Position numbers and translations under genes: made by a program | In this document: positions 10,585 through 20,875 of the stretch, piece after piece | Layout: each line of letters begins with the position of its first letter | Numbering within the stretch: the first letter of the stretch is position 1 | Assembly: GCA_965217035.1 (NCBI GenBank) | Contig: OZ244226.1 | Location: 2,214,146-2,278,145 of the forward strand | Length of the DNA stretch: 64,000 nucleotides | Direction: 5' to 3' | Source: Bacteriovoracaceae bacterium | GTDB lineage: Bacteria; Bdellovibrionota; Bacteriovoracia; Bacteriovoracales; Bacteriovoracaceae | Notes under the pieces: generated by a model | The model's database searches: none | Told to the model about the DNA's origin: nothing | What the model saw: only the letters and a program-made list of their open reading frames with translations

Positions 10585-11405
10585 TGAGTAAATCAATGAT
10601 CGCTTATATTAATGCTTCCTTTCGGATGATGGAATCTGAAAAAGAAAACTCCTTACTTGATGATCCTTATGCGAAGAAGTTTACGGATAAAAACAAAAAG
10701 CTGAGTCTTTTACGAGTGGCTCATGAAAAACTTGGGCTTTTTTCCAAAAGTTATACTCGTTATCATAATGCCCACTGTATCCGACACGGATCAATTGATA
10801 TTCTCATAAAGAAGTTGATTGGAGAACAAGACATTGAGCAAGTGGTTATTTTGGGGGCTGGGTTTGATACTCGAAGCTTAAGGTTCCAGAAACTCAATCC
10901 GGAAGTGAAATGGTTCGAAGTCGACAGGAGAGAGATTCAAGAAGAAAAAAAGAAAATTTTTAAAGAATCAGGCGCTCTTTATATTACTGCTGATTTGTTA
11001 AAAGATGATTTAAGTTTAATTACAAATCAATTAGATCCCTCGAAAAAAACTTGTTTTCTTGCTGAAGGGCTCATCCATTATCTTGATAAGGAAACCTTTT
11101 ATAAAATAGTTGAATCTTTTGAATCTATTAAAGAAGACAAACACTTTATTTTTAGTTTTATTCGCCCTCAAATGCGAGCAGGCGCAGCGACTTCTCTCAA
11201 AATGATTTTTGCTTTTCTTTCTGAAATACCTAAAACTTTTTTTTACTTCGATGAACTAAAGAGTTCTTTTGAAGAACGAGGCTGGAGAGAAACAAATATT
11301 TGGGATGTTCAAGGGCAAATTACAGATATCCTTTTAAAGAATAATAACTTTGAACTTGCTTCTACTCAAGATGTTGCCTTAGTAACAAAAAGGAGTCAGG
11401 GATGA
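10584..11405 (+). CDS. class I SAM-dependent methyltransferase (LCM / TcmP-like O-methyltransferase family)
   Basis: R..ESE...L.DPYA, QVVILGAGFDTR, WFEVD and AEGLIHYL motifs. Confidence 0.85.
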   Translation: MSKSMIAYINASFRMMESEKENSLLDDPYAKKFTDKNKKLSLLRVAHEKLGLFSKSYTRYHNAHCIRHGSIDILIKKLIGEQDIEQVVILGAGFDTRSLRFQKLNPEVKWFEVDRREIQEEKKKIFKESGALYITADLLKDDLSLITNQLDPSKKTCFLAEGLIHYLDKETFYKIVESFESIKEDKHFIFSFIRPQMRAGAATSLKMIFAFLSEIPKTFFYFDELKSSFEERGWRETNIWDVQGQITDILLKNNNFELASTQDVALVTKRSQG

Positions 11406-12001
11406 AAAGCCGTCCTTTGAGAGGGGTGCTTCTTTTTTTATTCTTTTATGGTTGTTATGTACTGGTAAAGAATATAACACCTTATAGTATCATCTCTGTT
11501 TCAATGACTTTAATTGATGAGTGGGTGAGTCTAAACCCTCATTGGATTTGGCCTTATTTATCAGCTTATCCGATGCTTGCTTTTCTTTATCTCAATTCGA
11601 AGAATGAGACGCATCAGCGTTTCATTGAACAAGGATTTATCTTTCAAACGATCCTTTGTTGTATCTGTTATTTCTTTTACCCCTTTGAAGTTATTAGAGA
11701 TACGAGTTCGATTGAGGAAATTGACAATTTGAGTACCTATGCTCTTAGTATTCTTTATAAAGTTGACACAAAAGGAAATTGTTTGCCTAGTACGCATGTT
11801 TGTATGACTCTTTTCTTGGCGATGACGTATAAGAAATACTCAAACAAGGAATGCTTGACTTATATCTTAGGTGCTTTTGTTGTTTTTTATTCGACACTCG
11901 CCACTAAACAGCACATGTTTTATGATATGATTACAGGAGTGATCTTAGCCTTAATCACGTATTGGATTTTCAGGCCCAAGGAAAAAAATGAAAATATTTA
12001 G
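11402..12001 (+). CDS. PAP2-superfamily membrane phosphatase/phosphotransferase (AUR1/IPC-synthase-like)
   Basis: Multiple TMs; NCLPSTHV and KQHMFYDMITG catalytic motifs. Confidence 0.8.
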   Translation: MKSRPLRGVLLFLFFYGCYVLVKNITPYSIISVSMTLIDEWVSLNPHWIWPYLSAYPMLAFLYLNSKNETHQRFIEQGFIFQTILCCICYFFYPFEVIRDTSSIEEIDNLSTYALSILYKVDTKGNCLPSTHVCMTLFLAMTYKKYSNKECLTYILGAFVVFYSTLATKQHMFYDMITGVILALITYWIFRPKEKNENI

Positions 12002-12803
12002 ATATTCCATCGATATTGTTCCATTTTCTGTGATCGTCTTTGCGGCAGGAGTTCTTTATTATAATTGGAATCTAGATGAATTTAATCCTTATACATTTGT
12101 TCTCTATGTTTCTCTTAATGTTCAAATTGCTTCCATTGTTCATAATCACCACCATGCGCCTATGTTTCGCTCTAAGTGGATGAACTTAGGCTTGGATTAT
12201 TGGTTTTCTTTACTCTATGGGCTTCCTTCTTGTACATTCATTTGGGTTCATAACCAAAATCATCATGTTTATAACAATAAACTTGGAGACGATGTAACCT
12301 CGACTCTCAAGGTAGGTGATAAAAAATCGATCTGGGGACTCATTCAATGGTTCTTTGTTTGTATGCCTGAATTTTTTCAATACATTATTGAGAAATTCAA
12401 ATCTGAGTATAAAAAAGGAAACACGGTTTACACTACTTACAAGTTTTTAATTCCGGTTTTCATTACTTATCTTGTTCCTATTACTTTGTTGTCGATTAAC
12501 TTTAATAAAACTGTGATTTGTATTCTTCTACCTCAGTTATTATCGTTATTATTTCTTTCAATTTTAAACTATGTTCTGCATCTTGATACTCAACACGATT
12601 CGAAAACTCATGTTGCGAGGAACTTCACTGGGAAGATTTCTAATTTTTTATTTTTTAATAATGGACTTCACACAGTCCATCATCATGAACCCAGTTTGCA
12701 CTGGAGCCACTATAAAGAACGTCATGAAAAATTTGAGAATCAGATACCAGAAGAATTAAAAGAAAAGAATTTCTTTCTCTATCTTTTAAGGGAGTTTACT
12801 TAG
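11988..12803 (+). CDS. membrane fatty acid desaturase
   Basis: HNHHH, HNQNHH and HTVHH His boxes; NNG.H motif. Confidence 0.88.
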   Translation: MKIFRYSIDIVPFSVIVFAAGVLYYNWNLDEFNPYTFVLYVSLNVQIASIVHNHHHAPMFRSKWMNLGLDYWFSLLYGLPSCTFIWVHNQNHHVYNNKLGDDVTSTLKVGDKKSIWGLIQWFFVCMPEFFQYIIEKFKSEYKKGNTVYTTYKFLIPVFITYLVPITLLSINFNKTVICILLPQLLSLLFLSILNYVLHLDTQHDSKTHVARNFTGKISNFLFFNNGLHTVHHHEPSLHWSHYKERHEKFENQIPEELKEKNFFLYLLREFT

Positions 12804-13603
12804 TGCTTCTTTATAAAGCAGATCGAAAAACAATCATTTTTATTTCCACCTTTCTTGGGGTTTTAATTTTTAATTGGAACCAAGAAAGCTTAAACCTACC
12901 TGTTTACTTACTTCATCTCGTTTTAGCTCTTCCTATAGCCTCTATCTCTCACAATCATCATCATATTAATATTTGGAAGAATAAATATCTTAATTTTCTG
13001 CAGGATTATGTTCTTTCTTTCTGTTATGGGATGACTTCGTTTTCTTGGGTAGCCGTTCACAATCAGGGCCATCATCGCTATCACAATGAAGAAGGGAAGG
13101 ATATAACAAGTACTCATTCGGTAGGGGATACTATGTCCTTCCGTTCGTTATTCCTGTATCCTGTCGTCAATATTATTCCATTCTTGAAATACCATAAAAC
13201 CTTCTTTTCAGATCTAGAGAGACCAAAAGATAAAAACTACTTTATCATTCAATATATTATCATTTGGTCGTTAGTTGCTTTACTTCTTTTTCTTGATTGG
13301 CGAAAAACGATTGTTTTAGTTTTTATTCCACAAATCGTAGCGATTTGTTCGATTAGTATTTTCAATTATTCTCAGCACGTGCATACCAAGCATGATGAAA
13401 TTTATGAAGTGACAAGAAACTTTACGAATCCTTTTCTTAATTGGTACCTCTTCAATTGCGGCTTTCACACCATTCACCATTTAAAGCCAACTCTTCATTG
13501 GAGCCTTGTCCCTCAAGAACAACGGAACATTGATGGAAATATCCGTGACGAACTTCAAGTGCAGAGTTTTTGGGCTTTTCTCTTAGGAGAGCTTCGTAAG
13601 TAA
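12803..13603 (+). CDS. membrane fatty acid desaturase (tandem paralog)
   Basis: HNHHH, HNQGHH and HTIHH boxes; similar to the upstream desaturase throughout; GTG start overlapping the upstream TAG. Confidence 0.88.
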   Translation: MLLYKADRKTIIFISTFLGVLIFNWNQESLNLPVYLLHLVLALPIASISHNHHHINIWKNKYLNFLQDYVLSFCYGMTSFSWVAVHNQGHHRYHNEEGKDITSTHSVGDTMSFRSLFLYPVVNIIPFLKYHKTFFSDLERPKDKNYFIIQYIIIWSLVALLLFLDWRKTIVLVFIPQIVAICSISIFNYSQHVHTKHDEIYEVTRNFTNPFLNWYLFNCGFHTIHHLKPTLHWSLVPQEQRNIDGNIRDELQVQSFWAFLLGELRK

Positions 13604-13737
13604 ATTTTCTTTCTAATTGTCTTTAATTGCAAAGAGTTTGAGATGAAAGTTGGTTTTGATAAGTATCAAGATAGCTATTTTATTAATCTAAGTTGCACAA
13701 TGCTTATGAAAACGGATCATAAGCATTAAAAAGAAAT

Positions 13738-14310
13738 CTAATTTCTTGGGTTTGAGCTCTGAACATCATCTCGTTCTTGATTTTTTTTCCAAAAAGAAGA
13801 AAGTCTTTCAAAACTTTTAAAAGGATAAATTTCTCTAAAATCAAACCAGTCGAGTAAGCAGAATAACCAAGTTCCAATTGGATTCCAGATTTCAGCAATG
13901 TGAATATTTTCTTCGAGATAGCTTAAGCAAGTTTCAATTCTTTCTTTTTGAAGAAGAGAATAGCGTCCATTTTGTTCTGGATCCTCATTCATTCGCTTTC
14001 TCATCAAGAGAATGACCCCAGCATTATTAGCTTCATTAATAATTTTTAAATATTTCATCTGGTCAAGGTTGAGTTCGATCCAATTTTTTTTCTTGTTGTA
14101 ATATTCCCAGATGAGTTGGCTATCAAAAAGAGTCGTTTCTCCATCTCTGATAAAGGGTATTTTTAAGCTGGGATTGTGTTTTTTGAGAAATTCTCGTTCT
14201 TTTTTTTCAAATATCGTCATTTCCGAAAAATCTGAATCTTTATCAAATAAAATCCTGACTCTTCGAACGTAAGGGGAGGCTGTTGAACCGTAAACTTTTA
14301 TCTTTTCCAT
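13738..14310 (-). CDS. glutathione S-transferase family protein
   Basis: YGSTASPYVRRVRI, NPSLKIP and FDSQLIWEY motifs. Confidence 0.85.
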   Translation of the reverse strand: MEKIKVYGSTASPYVRRVRILFDKDSDFSEMTIFEKKEREFLKKHNPSLKIPFIRDGETTLFDSQLIWEYYNKKKNWIELNLDQMKYLKIINEANNAGVILLMRKRMNEDPEQNGRYSLLQKERIETCLSYLEENIHIAEIWNPIGTWLFCLLDWFDFREIYPFKSFERLSSFWKKNQERDDVQSSNPRN

Positions 14311-14414
14311 ACTTTAAAACTAGCAGGGGAGAGCTGAAAGAGCTAATTATGACTAAGACTCCTAAAGGGCTAAATCTGTGTTAAGCTCTATCTCTAATTA
14401 AGAGATTGAACGCA

Positions 14415-15803
14415 ATGAAAAAATTAATAACACTATTTTTTTTATTTATCCTGGGGATTATCTTTCTCATCCTTATTTTTCCTTTTGGTTACTTTAAAGA
14501 TGAACTTCTGAAGGAAGTTAATAAAAACTCCGACTTTAAAGTCGCAATAGAAAATATTAATTACTATTTGATATCACCAGGAAGCTTTGAACTTGAGGGA
14601 CTTGTTATCAATGAGTCCGGTAGAGAAGTTTTGAAAATAGAAAAAATTGAAATTGACGTCGATATGATGGCCTTAATCAATGAGAAACTTGTTATTAATA
14701 AAGCTGTCATCCATGGTCTTGATTTTAAATCAGACTTAAAAGATGTTAACGAAAAGAAAACGAAGCTAGAAAAACTTCAGAAGAAACCAAAAAAGAAAAA
14801 AAGTTTAAATGAACTCTTTTTTAAAGAATTGAAATTTGGAGAAATAGGGTTTGTTAATCTTACAGCAGAATTTGAGAAGGTTAAGTTTAATGATTTAACT
14901 TTCCTCTTGAAAAATGGTTCTTTGAAGAACTTTAAGAAAATAGGCGATTCTATAAAAACAGAAATTATCTTAAGTTCTAAGTTCATTCAAAAGGGTGAGT
15001 ACAAGTTAGAAGATCTTGATATAAAAGGAGAAATATCAGAGATGACTTTAGACCTTTATAAGATCCAAGGATTACTTATGGGAGGTCGTTTCAAAGGTGA
15101 AATAAATCAATCTTTGAACTTCAAGGAAGCTGAAGTGAAGAACTTTCTAAAAGTGCATTTAGAAAGTTTTGAGCTGAAAAATCTTTCAGAGGTGAAAGCC
15201 CTCAAGAAATATCCAATCATTGGTTCTTTAGAAATTGGAATTGAAGGTCGTTATAATATGCTTGGAAAGAGGGAAGGATTTTTTTTTATAAGGGGAAAAG
15301 ATTTAAATGTTAAAAATATTAATATTGATAAGCTCATTGATACATTTAAAGATTCTCAAAAAGTAACAGCGATGGATGCTTTGGGATTTTACGCAATGGG
15401 ACCGATTGGTCTTCTTTATAGTCAGGGAGTGAATCTCGGGGGGGCACTCGGTACAATGGGAGGAGAAAGCCATATCCGCCAAATAAATTTTGAGTTTCTT
15501 TTTCAGGATAAAGCTATTTCGATGAAAGATGTTGCCGTTCGTACGAAAAAGAATCTCATCGCGATACAGGGAAGAGTTAATCTTGAAAATAAAAAGTTTG
15601 AAAGACTTAAAATTGGCTTTCTTGATAAGAGGTATTGTCCAGAATTAGTCCAAAAAATTAAGGGAACGCTTGAAAAACCAGAGTTCGGAGTTGGAAAATC
15701 TGTTTTCAAGACACTTGTAGCTCCGGTTACAAGTCTAGTAAATTCGACTAAGGAACTGGTCTCAGGTTGTAAGCGATTTTATAAAGGGAAGGTTCTTTAT
15801 TGA
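14415..15803 (+). CDS. AsmA-family protein
   Basis: N-terminal TM followed by beta-rich repeats and a C-terminal 'IKGTLEKP' motif; ATG at 14415 preferred over TTG at 14406. Confidence 0.7.
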   Translation: MKKLITLFFLFILGIIFLILIFPFGYFKDELLKEVNKNSDFKVAIENINYYLISPGSFELEGLVINESGREVLKIEKIEIDVDMMALINEKLVINKAVIHGLDFKSDLKDVNEKKTKLEKLQKKPKKKKSLNELFFKELKFGEIGFVNLTAEFEKVKFNDLTFLLKNGSLKNFKKIGDSIKTEIILSSKFIQKGEYKLEDLDIKGEISEMTLDLYKIQGLLMGGRFKGEINQSLNFKEAEVKNFLKVHLESFELKNLSEVKALKKYPIIGSLEIGIEGRYNMLGKREGFFFIRGKDLNVKNINIDKLIDTFKDSQKVTAMDALGFYAMGPIGLLYSQGVNLGGALGTMGGESHIRQINFEFLFQDKAISMKDVAVRTKKNLIAIQGRVNLENKKFERLKIGFLDKRYCPELVQKIKGTLEKPEFGVGKSVFKTLVAPVTSLVNSTKELVSGCKRFYKGKVLY

Positions 15804-15913
15804 AATTAACTGATCTTTTCAGGTTCTTTTTTCTTTAATCTTAACTAACCCTTAATATTCCTTTCGGAATTAATTACTAATTATGCAGTCCTTAAAGTCC
15901 GACAAGATTCTAG

Positions 15914-18900
15914 ATGAAAAAAGCACCTAAAATTAGTGACGAGGAACAAAGACTAGAGAAACTCTATAGCTACAATGTTTTAGATACTGCTGCATCAGAT
16001 GATTTTGATCATATTACTTCTCTTGCCGCTCATATTTGTGGTTGTAAAATTGCGCTCGTAAGTCTTATTGATAGTGACAGACAATGGTTTAAATCAAAGT
16101 TTGGACTTGAAGCAAATGAAACTCCAAGGGATATTTCTTATTGTGGGCATGCAATAGAAGGTGAAGATCTTTTTATTGTCGAAGATGCTGAAAAAGATCA
16201 ACGCTTTTGTGATAATCCTCTCTTTCTCAATCCTCCTCATGTTCGGTTTTATGCAGGAGCACCTTTGATTACTCCAGAAGGATACAAAGTTGGAACCTTA
16301 TGTGTGATCGATTCAGAGCCTAAGATCCTTTCAGATTATCAAAAGAAATCATTAGAGAAGCTTTCAAAAATTGTGATTGAAATACTTGAAAAAAACTATG
16401 AAAACGCGAAACTCGATCATTTAAGGAATCAGTATGAAGATGTACAGTCAATGGCATCGACAGGGGGATGGGAACTCGATCTTATTACCAATAAAACGTA
16501 TTGGTCTCGAGAAATCTATAATATCCATGGTTTACCCTTTGGAGAATCACCTGAGAAGATCGATGCGATTTCCTTTTTTGCTCCTCATGAGAGGGAGAAA
16601 CTTGGGCTTTTGATTGAGGAGTGCGCAACAAAAGGAATTGGTTACGATGAAGAGTTCGAGTTTTACGATAAACAAGGAAATAAAAAGTGGGTTCGATCGA
16701 TAGGGAAACCTGTCTATGAAAAAGATGGCTCTATTAAAAAACTGATTGGAACTTTTCAAGATATAACGAATCAAAAAGAATCTCAGCGAAGTCTCTTGGA
16801 AAAAAATTCGGAGATAGAAGCTTATGCGAGAGGTTTAAATAAATATGCAATTGTTGCAAGAACTAACGAGAAGGGTAAAATTACTTACGCTAATGATCTC
16901 TTTTGTGAGATTTCAGGATACTCTCGCGAAGAATTAATAGGACAAGATCATCGACTTTTAAACTCCGGGCATCACTCTAAGGAGTTTTTCAATAAAATGT
17001 GGGAGAGGATAAAATCAGGTCAAGAGTGGAGAGGAGAAATTAAAAATCGAGCTAAAGATGGCTCCTATTATTGGGTTGATACAACAATCGCTCCTTCCTT
17101 TGATAGTTCAGGTCAGATAAAAGAATTCATTGCTTTTCGTTACGATATTACAGATAGAAAATTAGTAGAAAAAGCGAGAATTAATGAGCTCAAGTCAATA
17201 CTTTCATCAACTCCTTCATGTTTAAAAATAATTAGTAAGGAAGGTCGTTTACTGAATATGAATCCTCAAGGGTTAAATCTGATTGAGGCAGATGATTTTC
17301 CGTCAGTTGAAGGAGCTAATGTCTATGAAATTGTAGAGGAATCTCATAGAGAAAAGTATATAAAATTTAATGAGCGAATCTGTTCGGGATATTCAGGCAG
17401 TTTAATCTTTGAAATCGTTGGTTTGAGAGGGACCAGAAGATGGATGGAAACTTTTGCAGCTCCTTATAAAATTGACGGAGGAGAAGTTGCTCATATCGCG
17501 ATTACTAATGATATATCGGAACGGATCAAAGCGAAGCATGAATTTGATAAACTTCTTGAGGATTACAAGTATAAATTAAAAGTCGAGCAAGATATTTTAG
17601 GACTTAATGAAGAAATTTTAAACTCTACAGATGATGGAATCTTACTTGTTGATCACAAGGCGCGAAGAATCGAAAAATATAATAGAAGATTCCTCGACTT
17701 ATGGAGAATTCCTGATGAGCTTGCCGCTTCTAAAGATGATGAAAAACTCATTGGATTTGTTCTTGAACAACTAGAATCTCCAGAAGCATTCGTGAGTTTG
17801 GTAGAGGACCTTTATCAGCGTCCAAAAGATGAAAGTTTTGATGTTTTGGATTTTGTGGATGGGAGAGTTTTTGAGAGGTATTCTACTCCTCTTATAATCA
17901 ATGATGAAGTTCAAGGAAGAATTTGGTTTTTTAGAGATATTACAGAAAAACGTGAAATGGAACGGATGGTAAATCAAACCTCAAAGCTTGCTGCCATCGG
18001 ACAATTGGCTGCTGGTGTTGGCCATGAAATCAATAATCCTTTAGCCATTATTAAAGGTTATATTGAAACAATTATAAATAAAGGAGAAGGCTTTTCTCCA
18101 GAAGTAGAAGAAAAGCTTCTAAAAATTAATTCCGCTTCAGATCGAATTGCTAAGATTGTTTTAGGTCTTCGGACTTTCGCTCGTATCGAAACAAGTAGCA
18201 AGATAGAAGTTTTCAACTTAAAAGGGATGATTCTCGGAGTTGAGAATATGCTTAAGGAGCTCTATCTGAAAGATGGAGTTGAAATAAATGTAGACACCGA
18301 GAATTTAGGAAATGAAGTTTGCATACAAGGTGACCGAGGAAAGTTTGAGCAAGTTTTAGTCAACTTAATTAGCAATGCGAAAGATGCTATTAAAGAATCA
18401 GCTCTGAAAGAAGTCTCGATTAGATGTCAAAAGCTAGAGAACGGGAAAGCTGAAGTGATTGTTTCTGATAGTGGAAAAGGAATCCCTTATGTCGATAGAG
18501 AAAAGATTTTTGATCCTTTCTTTACGACAAAAGACGTAGGGCAAGGAACCGGAATCGGTTTGTCTATTAGCCATAAATTTATTCATAATGATTTTGATGG
18601 ATCCATCAAGTTAGGAGAATCAAAAGAAGGCGAAGGGGCTCGTTTTATCATTAATGTTCCAACTGTTGTCTCTTCTGAAAAAAATGTTCAAAGTATTGAG
18701 AGAAAAAATAATAGTCGAGAACAATTCAATCTACGAGTTGTTTTGGCAGATGATGAAGAGGGAATTAGAGTTCTTTTACAAAGTCTCTTAGAAGATATGG
18801 GGATTGAAGTTGTTGCTTTCGAGAATGGCCAATTGGCCTTAGAGGAATATAAGCGAAACTCTGAATTTTATGATCTGATTATTTCAGATATGAAAATGCC

Positions 18901-19123
18901 TATTATGGATGGAATGACATTTTTAAAGGAAGTAAGGGCAAAGAAATCTTTAAAACAACCAAAGTTCTTTTTTACGACAGGTGGAATAAATATTGATTTT
19001 GAAGATAAAAAGAGTGAGTTGAATGAAATGATTGATGGTTATATTTACAAACCTTTTAGCCAAAAGGAACTTCTTTCTCAACTAGAATTAGCCTTTCCTG
19101 AAATTAAGAAAAAAAGTGCTTAA
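15914..19123 (+). CDS. hybrid sensor histidine kinase (GAF, multiple PAS, HisKA, HATPase, REC)
   Basis: GAF (RFYAGAPL), about four PAS/PAC domains, AAGVGHEINNPL H-box, DPFFTTK..GTGIGL, receiver with LADDE..DMKMP..KP. Confidence 0.95.
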   Translation: MKKAPKISDEEQRLEKLYSYNVLDTAASDDFDHITSLAAHICGCKIALVSLIDSDRQWFKSKFGLEANETPRDISYCGHAIEGEDLFIVEDAEKDQRFCDNPLFLNPPHVRFYAGAPLITPEGYKVGTLCVIDSEPKILSDYQKKSLEKLSKIVIEILEKNYENAKLDHLRNQYEDVQSMASTGGWELDLITNKTYWSREIYNIHGLPFGESPEKIDAISFFAPHEREKLGLLIEECATKGIGYDEEFEFYDKQGNKKWVRSIGKPVYEKDGSIKKLIGTFQDITNQKESQRSLLEKNSEIEAYARGLNKYAIVARTNEKGKITYANDLFCEISGYSREELIGQDHRLLNSGHHSKEFFNKMWERIKSGQEWRGEIKNRAKDGSYYWVDTTIAPSFDSSGQIKEFIAFRYDITDRKLVEKARINELKSILSSTPSCLKIISKEGRLLNMNPQGLNLIEADDFPSVEGANVYEIVEESHREKYIKFNERICSGYSGSLIFEIVGLRGTRRWMETFAAPYKIDGGEVAHIAITNDISERIKAKHEFDKLLEDYKYKLKVEQDILGLNEEILNSTDDGILLVDHKARRIEKYNRRFLDLWRIPDELAASKDDEKLIGFVLEQLESPEAFVSLVEDLYQRPKDESFDVLDFVDGRVFERYSTPLIINDEVQGRIWFFRDITEKREMERMVNQTSKLAAIGQLAAGVGHEINNPLAIIKGYIETIINKGEGFSPEVEEKLLKINSASDRIAKIVLGLRTFARIETSSKIEVFNLKGMILGVENMLKELYLKDGVEINVDTENLGNEVCIQGDRGKFEQVLVNLISNAKDAIKESALKEVSIRCQKLENGKAEVIVSDSGKGIPYVDREKIFDPFFTTKDVGQGTGIGLSISHKFIHNDFDGSIKLGESKEGEGARFIINVPTVVSSEKNVQSIERKNNSREQFNLRVVLADDEEGIRVLLQSLLEDMGIEVVAFENGQLALEEYKRNSEFYDLIISDMKMPIMDGMTFLKEVRAKKSLKQPKFFFTTGGINIDFEDKKSELNEMIDGYIYKPFSQKELLSQLELAFPEIKKKSA

Positions 19124-19279
19124 AAAAAAGTCTATTGATCGAGTTTTTTTAAAGGCTTATCTCAAGAAAAATAAATAGAAAAGAATTGTTTTTACTGGGT
19201 TCTCTAATGATAATTGCATAAGATTTGATAAATACTTTTGGAGGGATTTCATTTCCCTCCATGCTAACAAAGTGTAAGT

Positions 19280-20038
19280 TTATTGTCTGCCGGTTACTTT
19301 AAGCCCTCCTTTATAGGTTCCCATGGCCTTGTCCCACCATTTAAGATAAAACCCATAGTTCCCTCGATGATGACGGTGATGCCACCCATGATGAGTGGGA
19401 TGGTTGATATGTTTGAGTACAGGTCCATCTTGAATTTGCTCTGGAAGAACATCATGACCGAGGTGACCATAAGCATTCATAATCAATGAAAATGCTGCAA
19501 AAATCATGATCACTGAATAATGAATGGGTAAAAAGAATAAAATAATTGGAAAGAAACAAGATTCTAGAATTGCTTCACTTGCGTTAAAAGCAAAAGCTGC
19601 TAAGGGGGTTGGATAGATCGATTTGTGATGAATAGAGTGAAATCTTTTATAGAGCCATTTTGTATGAAGTGTTCTGTGGAGCCAATAAAAATAAGTATCA
19701 TGAACAAGAAAGCTTATAACGAAACTCGTGGCATACCAGATGAGACTATGATCAGAGATATCATAATAGACTTTAAAAACACCCTCTTTTCCAAAGAAGA
19801 TTACGGCGAGAGATGGTATGAGAAAGAGGGTGGTTGAAAGGAGTGAATAAAAGAGTTCTCTTTTGACATCGGAGATCTTAATTTTACCCTTATTATGACG
19901 ATACTTTTTTAATCGAGGAGCTAGAACTTTCCAAACGATCAAGTAGGTTCCACCGGCAATGGAGAGGTAACGAATCAGATTCATAACCCACTGAATTCCC
20001 AACATTTGTACGACACTTAATTGTTCAAGATTTTCCAT
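19280..20038 (-). CDS. sterol desaturase / fatty acid hydroxylase family protein (ERG3-like)
   Basis: DTYFYWLHRTLH, HSIHHKS, HGWHH and NYG..WDK..GT motifs. Confidence 0.9.
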   Translation of the reverse strand: MENLEQLSVVQMLGIQWVMNLIRYLSIAGGTYLIVWKVLAPRLKKYRHNKGKIKISDVKRELFYSLLSTTLFLIPSLAVIFFGKEGVFKVYYDISDHSLIWYATSFVISFLVHDTYFYWLHRTLHTKWLYKRFHSIHHKSIYPTPLAAFAFNASEAILESCFFPIILFFLPIHYSVIMIFAAFSLIMNAYGHLGHDVLPEQIQDGPVLKHINHPTHHGWHHRHHRGNYGFYLKWWDKAMGTYKGGLKVTGRQ

Positions 20039-20091
20039 TTTGTATTCCCTCCTTTCTAAGACTATTATCGTAAAGAAGGAGGCTCAAAAAT

Positions 20092-20112
20092 ATTCGCATT
20101 TAGCGAATGCGA
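20092..20112. promoter_or_regulatory. candidate TetR operator (overlapping palindromes ATTCGC-N5-GCGAAT and TCGCATT-N5-AATGCGA)
   Basis: Palindromes lie in the short gap between the divergent desaturase and TetR genes. Confidence 0.45.
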
Positions 20113-20130
20113 GCTCCGAGGAGTAAGTCA

Positions 20131-20754
20131 TTGGAAACAGGCAAGAAAAACCCGAAACAAGAGCGATCAAAATTTACGGTGGCTCAAATACTCGAATCTG
20201 CGCGACGGATTTTAATGAATGAAGCCTTGGGAAAGTTCTCTACCAATCAAATTGCCAAGGTTGCTGGAGTCTCTGTAGGGACTCTTTATCAGTATTATAA
20301 AAATAAAGAGAGTATCATGCAGGATCTTCTGTTCGATACGATCAATGAAAACTTTAAGAATGTTTTTACGGTAATGGAAGAAGCAAACCGTCCATCGGAC
20401 ACGAAATCTTTGATTGAACTCTTAGTAAAGTCTCAGATGAAAAGCTGGAGAGATAATAAAGATTTTAGTCGTAAACTACTTAAAATGGTTCCTAAGTTCG
20501 TTGATATTACTCACTTTGGGAAGAAAGACGAGGTCATGATTGATTTTTTAAAAGAGAAAATAGAAAAGTACGCAAAGGATGAAATTCGAAAGACAAACCT
20601 TGATGTTTCTCTGTTCCTTTGTATTCAGGCTTTTCGTGGGGCGATGTTTATGAATATTGTAGGAAGTTATGAAATCAAGGACGATGAACTCGAAAATGAG
20701 TTAATCCAAATGATTACATCTTATCTTATAACCCCTTCCGAACGGAAAGCATAA
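20131..20754 (+). CDS. TetR/AcrR family transcriptional regulator
   Basis: PKQERS..ILESA, IAKVAGVSVGTLYQYY.NKE HTH; likely TTG start at 20131 after SD gaggag (track start 20107). Confidence 0.92.
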   Translation: METGKKNPKQERSKFTVAQILESARRILMNEALGKFSTNQIAKVAGVSVGTLYQYYKNKESIMQDLLFDTINENFKNVFTVMEEANRPSDTKSLIELLVKSQMKSWRDNKDFSRKLLKMVPKFVDITHFGKKDEVMIDFLKEKIEKYAKDEIRKTNLDVSLFLCIQAFRGAMFMNIVGSYEIKDDELENELIQMITSYLITPSERKA

Positions 20755-20875
20755 ACCTCTTGATTTCGATTTAAGGATGATTTACCAGATAATATGAAAG
20801 TTTGTGATAATCTAAAAAGGCTTAATTCAATTCGAAGTTATCGATTTGGGTTACTTAAGATCGTTATAGAGCAAA

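Noticed and set aside
19239..19261. tggaggga/tccctcca hairpin between convergent genes as a terminator
   Set aside because: The stem is real but there is no U-tract after it on either strand.
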